Shown here: positions 36,916 to 45,582 of the stretch, piece by piece | How the letters are laid out: each line of letters starts with the position of its first letter | Numbering within the stretch: position 1 is the stretch's first letter | Source: an uncultured bacterium | GTDB lineage: Bacteria > Vulcanimicrobiota > Vulcanimicrobiia > Vulcanimicrobiales > Vulcanimicrobiaceae | Assembly (NCBI GenBank): GCA_964483365.1 | Contig: CAZABL010000006.1 | Span: 6,859-70,858 of the forward strand | DNA: 64,000 nucleotides | Reading direction: 5' to 3' | The notes under the pieces: model-generated | What the model saw: the letters and a program-made list of their open reading frames with translations, nothing else | Database searches by the model: none | What the model was told of the DNA's origin: nothing | Translations under genes and position numbers: made by a program

Positions 36916-37947
36916 ATGGTCAACCGTACCGTAACGGGACTCACGCACTACGACATCCAACAGCGCCGGCGGCGTCAGATCGTCGAGGACGCGCGCACGC
37001 AGCAACGCGCGATCGTGCGCAAGAACGACGTCGAGCTCGTGCAGACACCGCGCGGGATGCGCTCGGGCTGCTACATCGGCGTCGACGGCGATCGGCCGTC
37101 GCGCATCATCGACGCGTACGTGCACGAGGTCGATCCCGGCGTCGTCACGACGATTCACCGCCATTCGTGGGACGCGGTGATGCTCGTCGTCGAGGGCCAC
37201 GGCTGGACCGAAGTCAACGGCGTGCGCCACGAGTACCGTCCCTGGGACAGCATCTATCTGCCGGCCTGGGCGTGGCACCGCCAAGGCAACGACGGCACGA
37301 AGACCGCGCGCTTCATGACGTTTTCGACCGAGCCGACGACCTCGGTGATCGGCGCGTCGTTCCTCGAGGACCGCGGTCAGGCACCGTTCGCCGAGCTGCC
37401 GGGGCCGCCGGTGACGAGCGCCGGTGTCACCGGCGCCGATCCATACGCGCGGCGACTGCGCCGCCTCGACGAGTACCAGAGCGACTATCGCACCGGGAAG
37501 ATCCACGTGCGGTACGAGGATCTCACCTTGCTCGTGAACCCGAAGGGAACGCGAAGCACGTTCATGCTCGATCCGTTTCTGGGCAGCAAGACGTCGGGGC
37601 TGACGCTGGCGATGAATCAGCTTGCGCCGCAGAAGTGGCAGAAGAAGCATCGTCACGGCGGCGAGGCGTGGCTGTACGCGCTCGAGGGCCGCGGCCACAG
37701 CGTGATCGACGGGCAGCGCTACGACTGGAGCGAAGGCGATCTCGTCGTCGTCGACCACTGGGCGTGGCATCAGCACTTCAACAGCGATCCCGACCTGACG
37801 GCGCGGCTGGTGCGCGTGCACAACTTCTCGGGGATCTACGACGCGATGCGCGCGCTGCTCGATCCGCTCAATCTCGAAGAGGAAGAGCCCAACTCCGAGC
37901 CCGACGTCTCGCACGTCGTCTGGCCCGCGGATCGACGGCCGGACTAG
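36916..37947 (+). CDS. Bicupin dioxygenase (gentisate 1,2-dioxygenase-like)
   Basis: ORF 36916..37947. It has two cupin modules, with HRHSWDAVMLVVEGHG and HRHGGEAWLYALEGRG. Confidence 0.75.
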   Translation: MVNRTVTGLTHYDIQQRRRRQIVEDARTQQRAIVRKNDVELVQTPRGMRSGCYIGVDGDRPSRIIDAYVHEVDPGVVTTIHRHSWDAVMLVVEGHGWTEVNGVRHEYRPWDSIYLPAWAWHRQGNDGTKTARFMTFSTEPTTSVIGASFLEDRGQAPFAELPGPPVTSAGVTGADPYARRLRRLDEYQSDYRTGKIHVRYEDLTLLVNPKGTRSTFMLDPFLGSKTSGLTLAMNQLAPQKWQKKHRHGGEAWLYALEGRGHSVIDGQRYDWSEGDLVVVDHWAWHQHFNSDPDLTARLVRVHNFSGIYDAMRALLDPLNLEEEEPNSEPDVSHVVWPADRRPD

Positions 37948-37950
37948 GCG

Positions 37951-39147
37951 TTGAGCGCCTCCGGCGTGGTGCGGCTCGGAATCGCCGGCCTCGGTGCAGC
38001 AGGCCGTTCGATGCTTTCCGCGATCGACGCCCGTCAGGACGTGTCGCTGACGGCGGTCTGCGATCCGTCGCCGGAAGCACGCGAACGCGTCGCCGCGAGC
38101 TGCGCCGTTCGCGCCGTTGCAGAGATCGACGCGCTGCTCGCCGATCCCGAGGTCGACGCAGTCTATATCGCCACGCCGACAGCGCTGCACGAACGGCACG
38201 CGATCCAGGCCGCGCGGGCCGGCAAGCACGTCCTGGTCGAGAAGCCGATGGCCGTCGACGTCGCGGGCGCGACGCGCATGGTCGACGCCGCGCACAACGC
38301 CGGCGTCGTCCTGGTCGTCGGACACTCGCACAGCTACGACGGGCCGTACCGCGCGATGCGCGAGATCATCGCGAGCGGTGAGCTCGGCCGCGTGCGGATG
38401 ATGCACAGCATGTACTTCAGCGACTGGCTCTACCGACCGCGCCGCGCGGACGAGCTCGACGCTCGGCTCGGCGGCGGCGTCGCCTTTCGTCAAGGTTCTC
38501 ATCAGTTCGACATCCTGCGGCTGCTCGGCGGCGGAGTGGTGCGCAGCGTTCGTGCGCAGACGTTCGACTGGGATCCGCACCGCCACGCAATCGGGGCATA
38601 CCAGGCGTTTCTCACGTTCGAAGACGGGACGACCGCGACGGCGATGTACAACGGCTACGGAGCCTTCCTAACCTCCGAGCTCTGCTGGGGCATCGGCGAG
38701 TTGGGGGAAGCCGTGCCGGACGACCGTGCCGGCGCGAGCCGTCGCGCGTTTCAGCTGCGTAGCGCCGCCGATGAATCCGCTGCAAAGCAAGCACGAGCGC
38801 CGTTGGCGGAACGCACGCCGTTCCAGCCGTTCTTCGGTTGGCTCGTGGTGAGCTGCGAGGGCGGAGATATCCGCCAGTCGCGTGCGGGTCTGTATCTTTA
38901 CACCGAGCGCGGGCGCGAGGAGCGCGCCGTGCGCAACGACGGCAGCACGCGCGATGCCGTGCTCGCGGAGTTCGTCGACGCGATCGCCGGGACGCGGCCG
39001 CCGTTGCACGACGGCCGCTGGGGACGCGCGACCCTCGAGCTCTGCATCGGCGCGATGGAGTCTTCACAGGCTGGTCGCGAGCTCACTCTCGTCCACCAAG
39101 TTTCAGCCGACTCGAACTCTCTCCAATCCCATGGGAGCATACGCTGA
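37951..39147 (+). CDS. Gfo/Idh/MocA-family oxidoreductase, paralog 1
   Basis: ORF 37951..39147 (TTG start). It has VRLGIAGLGAAG, KHVLVEKPMA and a long C-terminal domain. It is paralogous to 44316..45560 (shared FRQG.HQ.D..RL.GGG..RSVR and HDG.WGRATLE). Confidence 0.8.
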   Translation: MSASGVVRLGIAGLGAAGRSMLSAIDARQDVSLTAVCDPSPEARERVAASCAVRAVAEIDALLADPEVDAVYIATPTALHERHAIQAARAGKHVLVEKPMAVDVAGATRMVDAAHNAGVVLVVGHSHSYDGPYRAMREIIASGELGRVRMMHSMYFSDWLYRPRRADELDARLGGGVAFRQGSHQFDILRLLGGGVVRSVRAQTFDWDPHRHAIGAYQAFLTFEDGTTATAMYNGYGAFLTSELCWGIGELGEAVPDDRAGASRRAFQLRSAADESAAKQARAPLAERTPFQPFFGWLVVSCEGGDIRQSRAGLYLYTERGREERAVRNDGSTRDAVLAEFVDAIAGTRPPLHDGRWGRATLELCIGAMESSQAGRELTLVHQVSADSNSLQSHGSIR

Positions 39148-39151
39148 AGTG

Positions 39152-40129
39152 ATGAACGCCAGGAAATCGTTCCCTCTCGGCCTCGTTCGCGTCGTGTGCG
39201 CCGCCGGTGCATTGGCACTGTCGTCGTCGTTGGCGGCGGCCGACGCTCCCCGTCCGCTCGTACACGTCCACATCGCCGGCTCGCCGAACGACGACATGAC
39301 GACGATCGTGTACGCACAGCAGAGCGGGCTGTTCGAGAAGGCGGGCTTGGACGTCACCGTCGACAAGACGACGAGTGGATCGGCCGCGGCTACGGGCGTC
39401 GCCGGAGGCGCCTTCGACGTCGGCAAGGCGAGCATCTCGTCGATCTTCGACGCGCATCAGCGCGGCGTGCCGTTCACGATCGTCGCGCCGGACGGAATCT
39501 ACACCAGCAAGGAGCCCTATGGCGGAATGCTGATGACGAAAAGTGCGGCGCTCAAGACCGGGAAGGACGCCGAGGGAAAGACATTCAGCGTCGCCTCACT
39601 GAGCTCGATCGGCCGCGTCGCGTTGGCAGCGTGGATCGACGGCAACGGCGGCGACGTGAGCGCGGTGAAGTTCGTCGAGCTGCCGTTCAGCGCAGTGGCC
39701 GCTGCAATCGACCAGAAGCGCATCGTCGGCGGCGAGATCGGTCAGCCGGCGCAAGCTGAGGATCTCGCGACCGGACGGTTTGCGTTCTTCCCCGCGTACA
39801 ACGCGATCGCGCCGGAGTTTTGCGTCTCCGTCTTCTTCACGACCAAAGAGTTCTCGGCGAAGCACCCCGACGCGATGCGCTCGCTCGTGCGCGTCCTGTA
39901 CGACGCCGCCCGCTATACCAACGCACACCCGGAAGCGACCGTCAAGATGATGGCGGATTTCACCGGTGTGCCGCTTGCCGTCATGCAGAAAATTCCGCGT
40001 GTGGTGTTCGCGACCGATCTGCAGGTGGCGCAGATCCAACCCGCAATCGACGCGGCGGCAAAGTACGGAACGCTCAAGCGCGCGTTCCCGGCCCGCGAGT
40101 TGGTCGACGGGAACGTTCCGGTACGCTGA
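39152..40129 (+). CDS. NMT1/THI5-like substrate-binding protein, SBP-4
   Basis: ATG 39152 lies inside ORF 38882..40129, 4 nt after the upstream stop. The signal is MNARKSFPLGLVRVVCAAGALALSSSLAAA. Confidence 0.8.
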   Translation: MNARKSFPLGLVRVVCAAGALALSSSLAAADAPRPLVHVHIAGSPNDDMTTIVYAQQSGLFEKAGLDVTVDKTTSGSAAATGVAGGAFDVGKASISSIFDAHQRGVPFTIVAPDGIYTSKEPYGGMLMTKSAALKTGKDAEGKTFSVASLSSIGRVALAAWIDGNGGDVSAVKFVELPFSAVAAAIDQKRIVGGEIGQPAQAEDLATGRFAFFPAYNAIAPEFCVSVFFTTKEFSAKHPDAMRSLVRVLYDAARYTNAHPEATVKMMADFTGVPLAVMQKIPRVVFATDLQVAQIQPAIDAAAKYGTLKRAFPARELVDGNVPVR

Positions 40130-40153
40130 TCGAGACGAGGAGAGAATCGTATC

Positions 40154-41455
40154 ATGCTGAGCACGGCGGAGAACGAACGCCTGACGCACATCGGTCCGGG
40201 AACCCCGATGGGGGAACTGCAGCGGCGCTATTGGCACCCGATCGCGGGGATCGACGAGATGAGCGACCGGTGGACGAAACGTGTTCGGCTGCTCGGTGAA
40301 GATCTCGTCCTCTACAAGGATCGCAGCGGACGCTTCGGTCTGATCCACGAGTTTTGTCCGCATCGCCGCGCATCGTTCGCGTACGGGATCCCGGAAAGCG
40401 ACGGCATTCGCTGCCCGTACCACGGCTGGAAGTTCGACGGGGCGGGCCACTGCATCGAACAGCCGAACGAACCGGCCGAGAGTAGCTTCAAGAGCAAGGT
40501 GCATACGCCGGCGTATCCGGTGCAAGAGTTGGGTGGACTGCTGTGGGCGTACCTCGGGCCGCAGCCGCTGCCGCTCTTGCCGCGTTGGGAAGGACTCGTG
40601 CACGACGGTGCGATCCGCACGATCGGGATGGCGGTCGTCCCGTGCAACTGGCTCCAGATCATGGAGAACTCGTTCGATCCGATCCACACCGAGTGGCTGC
40701 ACGGCCGATTTCAGGAGTTTCTCGAGGAAGAGCGCGGCGCGAAGTACGCGATCTCACGCAAGCATCTCGCAATCGCGTTCGAGGAGTTCGAGTACGGTGT
40801 TTACAAACGGCGCCTGCTCGCCGGAGCGCGCGAGGACTCCGACGACTGGAAGGTCGGCCACCCGGTGATCTTCCCCAACACCCTCGCGGTCGGCAGCGGC
40901 GGCGGGCGCCTGTGGAAGATGCACGTGTATCAGATCCGCGTCCCGATCGACGACGAGAACACGCTGCACATCTGGTACACCGCGTACGAAGCGCCGCCGA
41001 GCGTGACGATCCCCGAGCACCTGCTCGCGCGCATCCCGGTCTACGACGTTCCCTTCCGCGACGAGAACGGCGAGTTTCTCATGGACATGATCGATGCACA
41101 AGACATCATGGCATGGGTCTCGCAGGGACGGATCTTCCAGCGCCAGACGGAAGCGCTCGGGACGTCCGACAAGGGCGTCATTCTCTTCCGCAAGATCCTT
41201 GCGCGCGAGCTCGAGAAAAGTGAGCGCGGCGAGGATCCGATGGGTGTGATTCGCGATCCGGCGAAGAACGAGGTCATCGCGTTCCCGCTCGAGCGCGACA
41301 AGGCGCACTTCACCGACGGCTTCGAAAGCCTGATGCGCCGCCAATACGCGCGCTATGCCCCGTTCGCGGACGACTTGGTACGACTGTTCAACGACTATAG
41401 CGAGCAGCGTCTGCGGGAAGAGTTCCCGCAGACCGCCGCCGCGGGAGGATCATGA
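40154..41455 (+). CDS. Rieske [2Fe-2S] oxygenase alpha-only subunit, Rieske-2
   Basis: ORF 40154..41455. It has the Rieske motif CPHRRASFAYGIPESDGIRCPYHGWKF and NWLQIMENSFDPIHTEWLH. Confidence 0.9.
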   Translation: MLSTAENERLTHIGPGTPMGELQRRYWHPIAGIDEMSDRWTKRVRLLGEDLVLYKDRSGRFGLIHEFCPHRRASFAYGIPESDGIRCPYHGWKFDGAGHCIEQPNEPAESSFKSKVHTPAYPVQELGGLLWAYLGPQPLPLLPRWEGLVHDGAIRTIGMAVVPCNWLQIMENSFDPIHTEWLHGRFQEFLEEERGAKYAISRKHLAIAFEEFEYGVYKRRLLAGAREDSDDWKVGHPVIFPNTLAVGSGGGRLWKMHVYQIRVPIDDENTLHIWYTAYEAPPSVTIPEHLLARIPVYDVPFRDENGEFLMDMIDAQDIMAWVSQGRIFQRQTEALGTSDKGVILFRKILARELEKSERGEDPMGVIRDPAKNEVIAFPLERDKAHFTDGFESLMRRQYARYAPFADDLVRLFNDYSEQRLREEFPQTAAAGGS

Positions 41456-42279
41456 TGGGCGAGATCGTCGCGGCGATGACGACGGTGCACGCGCCGCAGC
41501 TCATCACCCGTCCGGCCGACAACCCGCCCGAGATGCTCGACGCCAGCATCGCCGCGATGCGGCAGCTCGGACGTGCGCTCGACGAGGCCAAACCGGACGC
41601 GTTGATCGTGATCGGGATCGACCACGTCGAGGCGTTCTCGCTGCAGGCAATCCCGACGTTCGCGATCCTGACCAGCGAGCGCGCGAACGCGGAGTTCGGC
41701 AAGCGGACCTACGATGTCCCGATCCACCAGCCGCTCGCACTCGGTCTGCTCGACGGTCTCGTCGACCGCGGGTTCGACCTCACGTTTTCGCAGCAGGCGA
41801 TGCTCGGGCACGCGTTCGCGGTCCCGTTCGAGTACGTCCTCGAGAAGCGCGAGATCCCGGTCGTCCCGCTGTTCGTCAACGTCTACTTGCCGCCGCTCCC
41901 CAAACCGCGCCGCTGTGCGGCGCTCGGCGCCGCGATCGCGCAGGTGATTGCGGAGCGCCCGGAGCGCGTTGCCATCTTGGCGAGCGGCGGGATGTCGCAC
42001 TATCCGGGGACCTCGCAGTACGGCAATCCGAACTACGCTTTCGATCGCTGGGCGATGGACGCGATCGAGGACGGCGATCTTGACGCGTTGCTCGATCTCA
42101 CGCTCGACCAGCTCGACGAGGTCGGGAACGGCGAGATGCTCGGGTGGTTCATCTTGTTCGGCGCGATCGGGAACCGTCCGGGAACGGTGCTGAGCTATCA
42201 GCCGCTGTGGCATCACGGCCACGGCGTCATCCAATTCATCCCTCCCGTCGCCGCGAAGGTTGGAGCACGTCCGGCATGA
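41452..42279 (+). CDS. LigB-family extradiol dioxygenase catalytic subunit (LigB-2)
   Basis: ORF 41452..42279; ATG overlaps the upstream stop and follows GGGAGGA. It has IVAAMTTVHAP, IGIDHVE and ASGGMSHYPG. Confidence 0.8.
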   Translation: MMGEIVAAMTTVHAPQLITRPADNPPEMLDASIAAMRQLGRALDEAKPDALIVIGIDHVEAFSLQAIPTFAILTSERANAEFGKRTYDVPIHQPLALGLLDGLVDRGFDLTFSQQAMLGHAFAVPFEYVLEKREIPVVPLFVNVYLPPLPKPRRCAALGAAIAQVIAERPERVAILASGGMSHYPGTSQYGNPNYAFDRWAMDAIEDGDLDALLDLTLDQLDEVGNGEMLGWFILFGAIGNRPGTVLSYQPLWHHGHGVIQFIPPVAAKVGARPA

Positions 42280-42584
42280 CGCCGCGCGAACCGTTCCCAT
42301 TCAAGGGCGACACGCATCTCTTCTACCGGCGCATCGAGCCCGAGTACTTCGGCTTCAACCGCGCGCTCTACGAGCTACGAACCGAGCCGCAGAAACGGCG
42401 CGAGCTGCTCGACGATCCCGACGCGTTCGCGACGGCGCGCGGACTCGATCGGCGCGCGGTGCGCGCGCTCTGCGACAACGACATCGCGAGCGTCGTCGAG
42501 TGCGGTGGGCATCCGATCCTGGGGTGGACCGTCATCTTGCTGCTGCGCTTCGACCGCGGTGACACCAGCAAGTCGGCGCACTAG
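42276..42584 (+). CDS. LigA-like small subunit of a LigAB-type dioxygenase
   Basis: ATG 42276 overlaps the LigB-2 stop (ATGA). The product is 102 aa. FGFNRALYELRTEPQKRRELLDDPDAFATARGLDRRAVRALCDNDIASVVECGGHP resembles the LigA helical subunit. Confidence 0.6.
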   Translation: MTPREPFPFKGDTHLFYRRIEPEYFGFNRALYELRTEPQKRRELLDDPDAFATARGLDRRAVRALCDNDIASVVECGGHPILGWTVILLLRFDRGDTSKSAH

Positions 42585-43309
42585 AGTCCGTCGAGCGCGC
42601 CGTGACGGCGCGCGGTCTCCTCGTGATAGTGCCAGTGCTTGCGGTACGAGACGGGTTGCCAGTTCTCGCTCGCGAGCACCGCGAGCTCTTCACCGCGCAG
42701 GTAGCGCGGCTGTCCGATCTGCAGCGCCATGAATTGCAAGCGCGCGTTGTCCTCGGCGCAGATCATCCGCACGACCGCCTCGTCGAGCGTGCCGCCGACG
42801 GCGATCGTTCCGTGCTGGCGCAGCACGAGGACGGGCGCGTCGCCGAGCGTCTCGGCCACCGCGCTCCCGCGCTTCTCGGTGTTGATCAGCACCGCGGAAT
42901 CGAACATCGGCGCGCCGTTCTCGGGGAGAAAGCTTCCGATCGCGGTTGCGGGCTTGAGTGGCTCGCCGGCAGTCGAGAGCGCGAGGATGTTCGTCGGATG
43001 CGAGTGCACGATCGCGCTCACGTCAGGGCGGCGACGATAGATCTCGCGGTGGATGTGGAACTCGCTGGGCGGCTCATCGCCTTCACCGATTCGCGCACCG
43101 CGGTCGAGGTCGACCGGAACGATGTCGGCTGCGGTGAGGGTCGAGCGGCTCGCCTTGCGCGAGTTGATCCACATCGTTTGCGGCGCAGCCAGGTCGCGCA
43201 CGCTGACGTGGCCGTTCATATCCATCACGCCGACAGCTTGGCACACGCGGACGGCACGGGCGACGACGTCCCCGTAGCGCGTCGTGTCGGTCGAAACGAG
43301 CATCGTCAT
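42581..43309 (-). CDS. Class II aldolase/adducin-family protein
   Basis: ORF 42581..43309, containing IVHSHPTNILALS and LVLRQHGTIAVG. Confidence 0.8.
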   Translation of the reverse strand: MTMLVSTDTTRYGDVVARAVRVCQAVGVMDMNGHVSVRDLAAPQTMWINSRKASRSTLTAADIVPVDLDRGARIGEGDEPPSEFHIHREIYRRRPDVSAIVHSHPTNILALSTAGEPLKPATAIGSFLPENGAPMFDSAVLINTEKRGSAVAETLGDAPVLVLRQHGTIAVGGTLDEAVVRMICAEDNARLQFMALQIGQPRYLRGEELAVLASENWQPVSYRKHWHYHEETARRHGALDGL

Positions 43310-43314
43310 AACGG

Positions 43315-44319
43315 TCAGCTATTCATCCCGAGCAATTGGCGAAACTGCCCGATGAGCGTCTTGTATTCGTTCCGGTCGGGCGCGGGCAGCACGTAGTAGG
43401 GCTGCTTCGGATCGAAGACACGCGGGTTGTTGTGCACGTCGGTGCGCGCCGACGTCCGCCCGCTCACGTCGACGAAGTATTGCTGTCCGTCTTTGGAGAG
43501 AAGCCAGTCGAGCACAACGCGTGCCGCGTTCGGATGCGGCGCGCCTTGCATCATCCCGATCGGGACCAGCCCGACGATCACGGGTTTCGGCGCGACCGCG
43601 TCGACCGGGCGTCCGCGCTGGCGCTCCATCTCGACCATGTAGGCATACGCGGTCGGCGTCGCATCGAACTCGCCGGCTTCGAGCTGCGTCACGGTGATGG
43701 TGTGGCCGTTGGTGATGAACGGATGATTCGCGGCAAGCCGCTTGAGCAGCTCTTCGCCGTTGACTTGCGTCTTGAGGGTCCCGCTGTACCAGTTGTATGC
43801 TGACGCGTCGATCGCGATCTTTCCGTTCCATTCGGGCTTGGCGAGATCGGCGAGGCTCGTCGGCGGTTTGAGTCCGTCCGCTTTGAGCTTCTGCGGGTTG
43901 AACGCGATCACGGTCGTGTCGTTGTAGAGCGTCGTCCACAATCCGGCTGGGTCGACGGTCCCCTTCCCGAAATGCTCGGGGTCGCGGACGCGATAGGGCT
44001 GCAAGACGCCGGACGCTGCGAGTTGCCGCAGCGAGAAATCGTCCCCGGAGACGAGGTCGGCGATCACCTTCCCGCTCTCGTGCTCGGTCATCGCGCGCGC
44101 CGGGATCATCGAGCTTCCGACCTGCAGCGCCTGCAGCTTGATCTCGGGATGGAGCTTCTGGAAGTGATCGACGAGCGTGTTGAGCGTGCGCGTGTCGACC
44201 GACGAGTACCACACCACGGTCCCCTCGTTCGGTTGCGTCGCAGCCGGCGTCGGAGACGCGAAGAGCGCGAGCGCGGCGGCGGCGACGCCGAGCGTGCGGA
44301 TGCGTGAGATGATCGTCAT
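43315..44319 (-). CDS. Family-1 extracellular solute-binding protein (iron(III)/AfuA-like type), SBP-5
   Basis: ORF 43315..44319. The signal is MTIISRIRTLGVAAAALALFA, followed by VVWYSSVD, typical of this SBP class. Confidence 0.75.
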   Translation of the reverse strand: MTIISRIRTLGVAAAALALFASPTPAATQPNEGTVVWYSSVDTRTLNTLVDHFQKLHPEIKLQALQVGSSMIPARAMTEHESGKVIADLVSGDDFSLRQLAASGVLQPYRVRDPEHFGKGTVDPAGLWTTLYNDTTVIAFNPQKLKADGLKPPTSLADLAKPEWNGKIAIDASAYNWYSGTLKTQVNGEELLKRLAANHPFITNGHTITVTQLEAGEFDATPTAYAYMVEMERQRGRPVDAVAPKPVIVGLVPIGMMQGAPHPNAARVVLDWLLSKDGQQYFVDVSGRTSARTDVHNNPRVFDPKQPYYVLPAPDRNEYKTLIGQFRQLLGMNS

Positions 44320-45560
44320 GGTGCGACCTCCGTGCGATCGCGCAGCAGATCGGCGTCGTACTCCGCCGGCATCGCGACCTGGCGTTCGAGGATGATCTCG
44401 CGGCGCTCGCGCGCCGAGCGCATCACGGCGAGCGCCGCTTCAAGCGTCGCGCGCCCCCATGCGCCGTCGTGATAGACGGGATTGCCGTGCCTGACCCCGG
44501 CATACAGCTCTTCCAAAATTGCGATCGACAAACCGCCGGACGGATCGGGCTCGGGCCGTTGCAGACGGCGCAGATCGATCTCGTGGCGCCCCGTTTCACC
44601 GTACACGCTCAGCCCGTATTGCGCGTTGCGAATCACGCCGCGTTCGCACGACACCTCGACGGGCCCGAGATCGAACGGAGACCACGCCTCGCCATCTGCG
44701 ACGGGCTGCAGCGTGGTCGGATCGTTGCTCCCGCCCACGCGAAACGCGCGCTTCTCGCTCGTTTCGTCGCGCTTCCCGTTGCGTATCGCTTCGCGCAACC
44801 CGGCACGGTCGGCCGCGGTGTAGCGGCGTTTCTCGACGACCCACGGATACAGCTCGGACATCGTGAAGTAGCCGTAGCCGTTGTGCATCACGGTCGCCGG
44901 TGTGCCGTCCTCGAACTCCAGGTACGCGGTGTAGTAGCCCGCGACCGGACGTTGCTCCATCCAGCGCGCCGCGGTCCCGCGCACGCTGCGCAGCATCCCG
45001 CCGCCGATCAGCCGCACCGTGTCGATCTGGTGCGGTCCTTGGCGAAAGACGATCCCGCCGCCGCGCGCGGGATCGAGCTCGTCGGGCGTGCGCGGCCGGA
45101 TCAGCCAATCGGTGTACGCCCAGATGTGGATCGCGCCCAGCGCGCCGAGCTCACCGGAGACAACGAGACGGCGGATTGCGCGGTTCCAGATGCTCAGACT
45201 GCGCGTGTGTCCGGCAAGGAGCAGCACACCGTTCGCGCGTGCCGCCTCCACCATGCGATCGGCTTCGTCGAGCGTGACCGCCATCGGCTTTTCGACCACG
45301 ACATGCTTGCCGCGGCGCATCGCCTCGATCGCGTGCTCGCAGTGATACTGGTTCGGCGTCGCAACCCACACGGCGTCGATTCCGGAATCACCGCACAGCG
45401 CGGCGACGCTGTCATAGGCGCGCGTCCCCGGATACCGGCGCACGAAGCCGTCGCGCATCGCCGGATCGTGGTCGGCGCCGGCGACGAGCTCGATCTCCGG
45501 CATCGCGACCATCGCGGGGAGCGTCGCGGCCGCGCCTTGTCCCAGGCCGGCCATCCCCAT
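44316..45560 (-). CDS. Gfo/Idh/MocA-family oxidoreductase, paralog 2
   Basis: ATG 45560 (MGMAGLGQGAA) lies inside ORF 44316..45659; the longer N-terminus is Arg/Thr-rich shadow sequence. It has KHVVVEKPMA. Its 3' end (stop codon, coordinate 44316) overlaps the SBP-5 start (44319) by 4 nt. Confidence 0.8.
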   Translation of the reverse strand: MGMAGLGQGAAATLPAMVAMPEIELVAGADHDPAMRDGFVRRYPGTRAYDSVAALCGDSGIDAVWVATPNQYHCEHAIEAMRRGKHVVVEKPMAVTLDEADRMVEAARANGVLLLAGHTRSLSIWNRAIRRLVVSGELGALGAIHIWAYTDWLIRPRTPDELDPARGGGIVFRQGPHQIDTVRLIGGGMLRSVRGTAARWMEQRPVAGYYTAYLEFEDGTPATVMHNGYGYFTMSELYPWVVEKRRYTAADRAGLREAIRNGKRDETSEKRAFRVGGSNDPTTLQPVADGEAWSPFDLGPVEVSCERGVIRNAQYGLSVYGETGRHEIDLRRLQRPEPDPSGGLSIAILEELYAGVRHGNPVYHDGAWGRATLEAALAVMRSARERREIILERQVAMPAEYDADLLRDRTEVAP

Positions 45561-45582
45561 GCGCAGGGGCTGCGTCGCGCGC

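Noticed and set aside
33000-37000. A CBASS-type defence operon around the TRIP13-like ATPase
   Set aside because: I looked on both strands for HORMA-like small proteins, a CD-NTase or an effector nuclease. Every neighbouring gene has a clear catabolic or binding-protein identity, so the classical CBASS context is absent. The ATPase is reported as an anomaly instead.
36711-38586. Very long ORFs 36736..38586 (-, 616 aa) and 36711..38381 (+, 556 aa) overlapping the bicupin and Gfo genes
   Set aside because: Both are Arg/Ala/Asp/Pro-rich and low-complexity, as expected for antisense or off-frame shadows in high-GC DNA. The alternative frames give clean cupin and Gfo/Idh/MocA proteins with motifs and RBS-linked starts.
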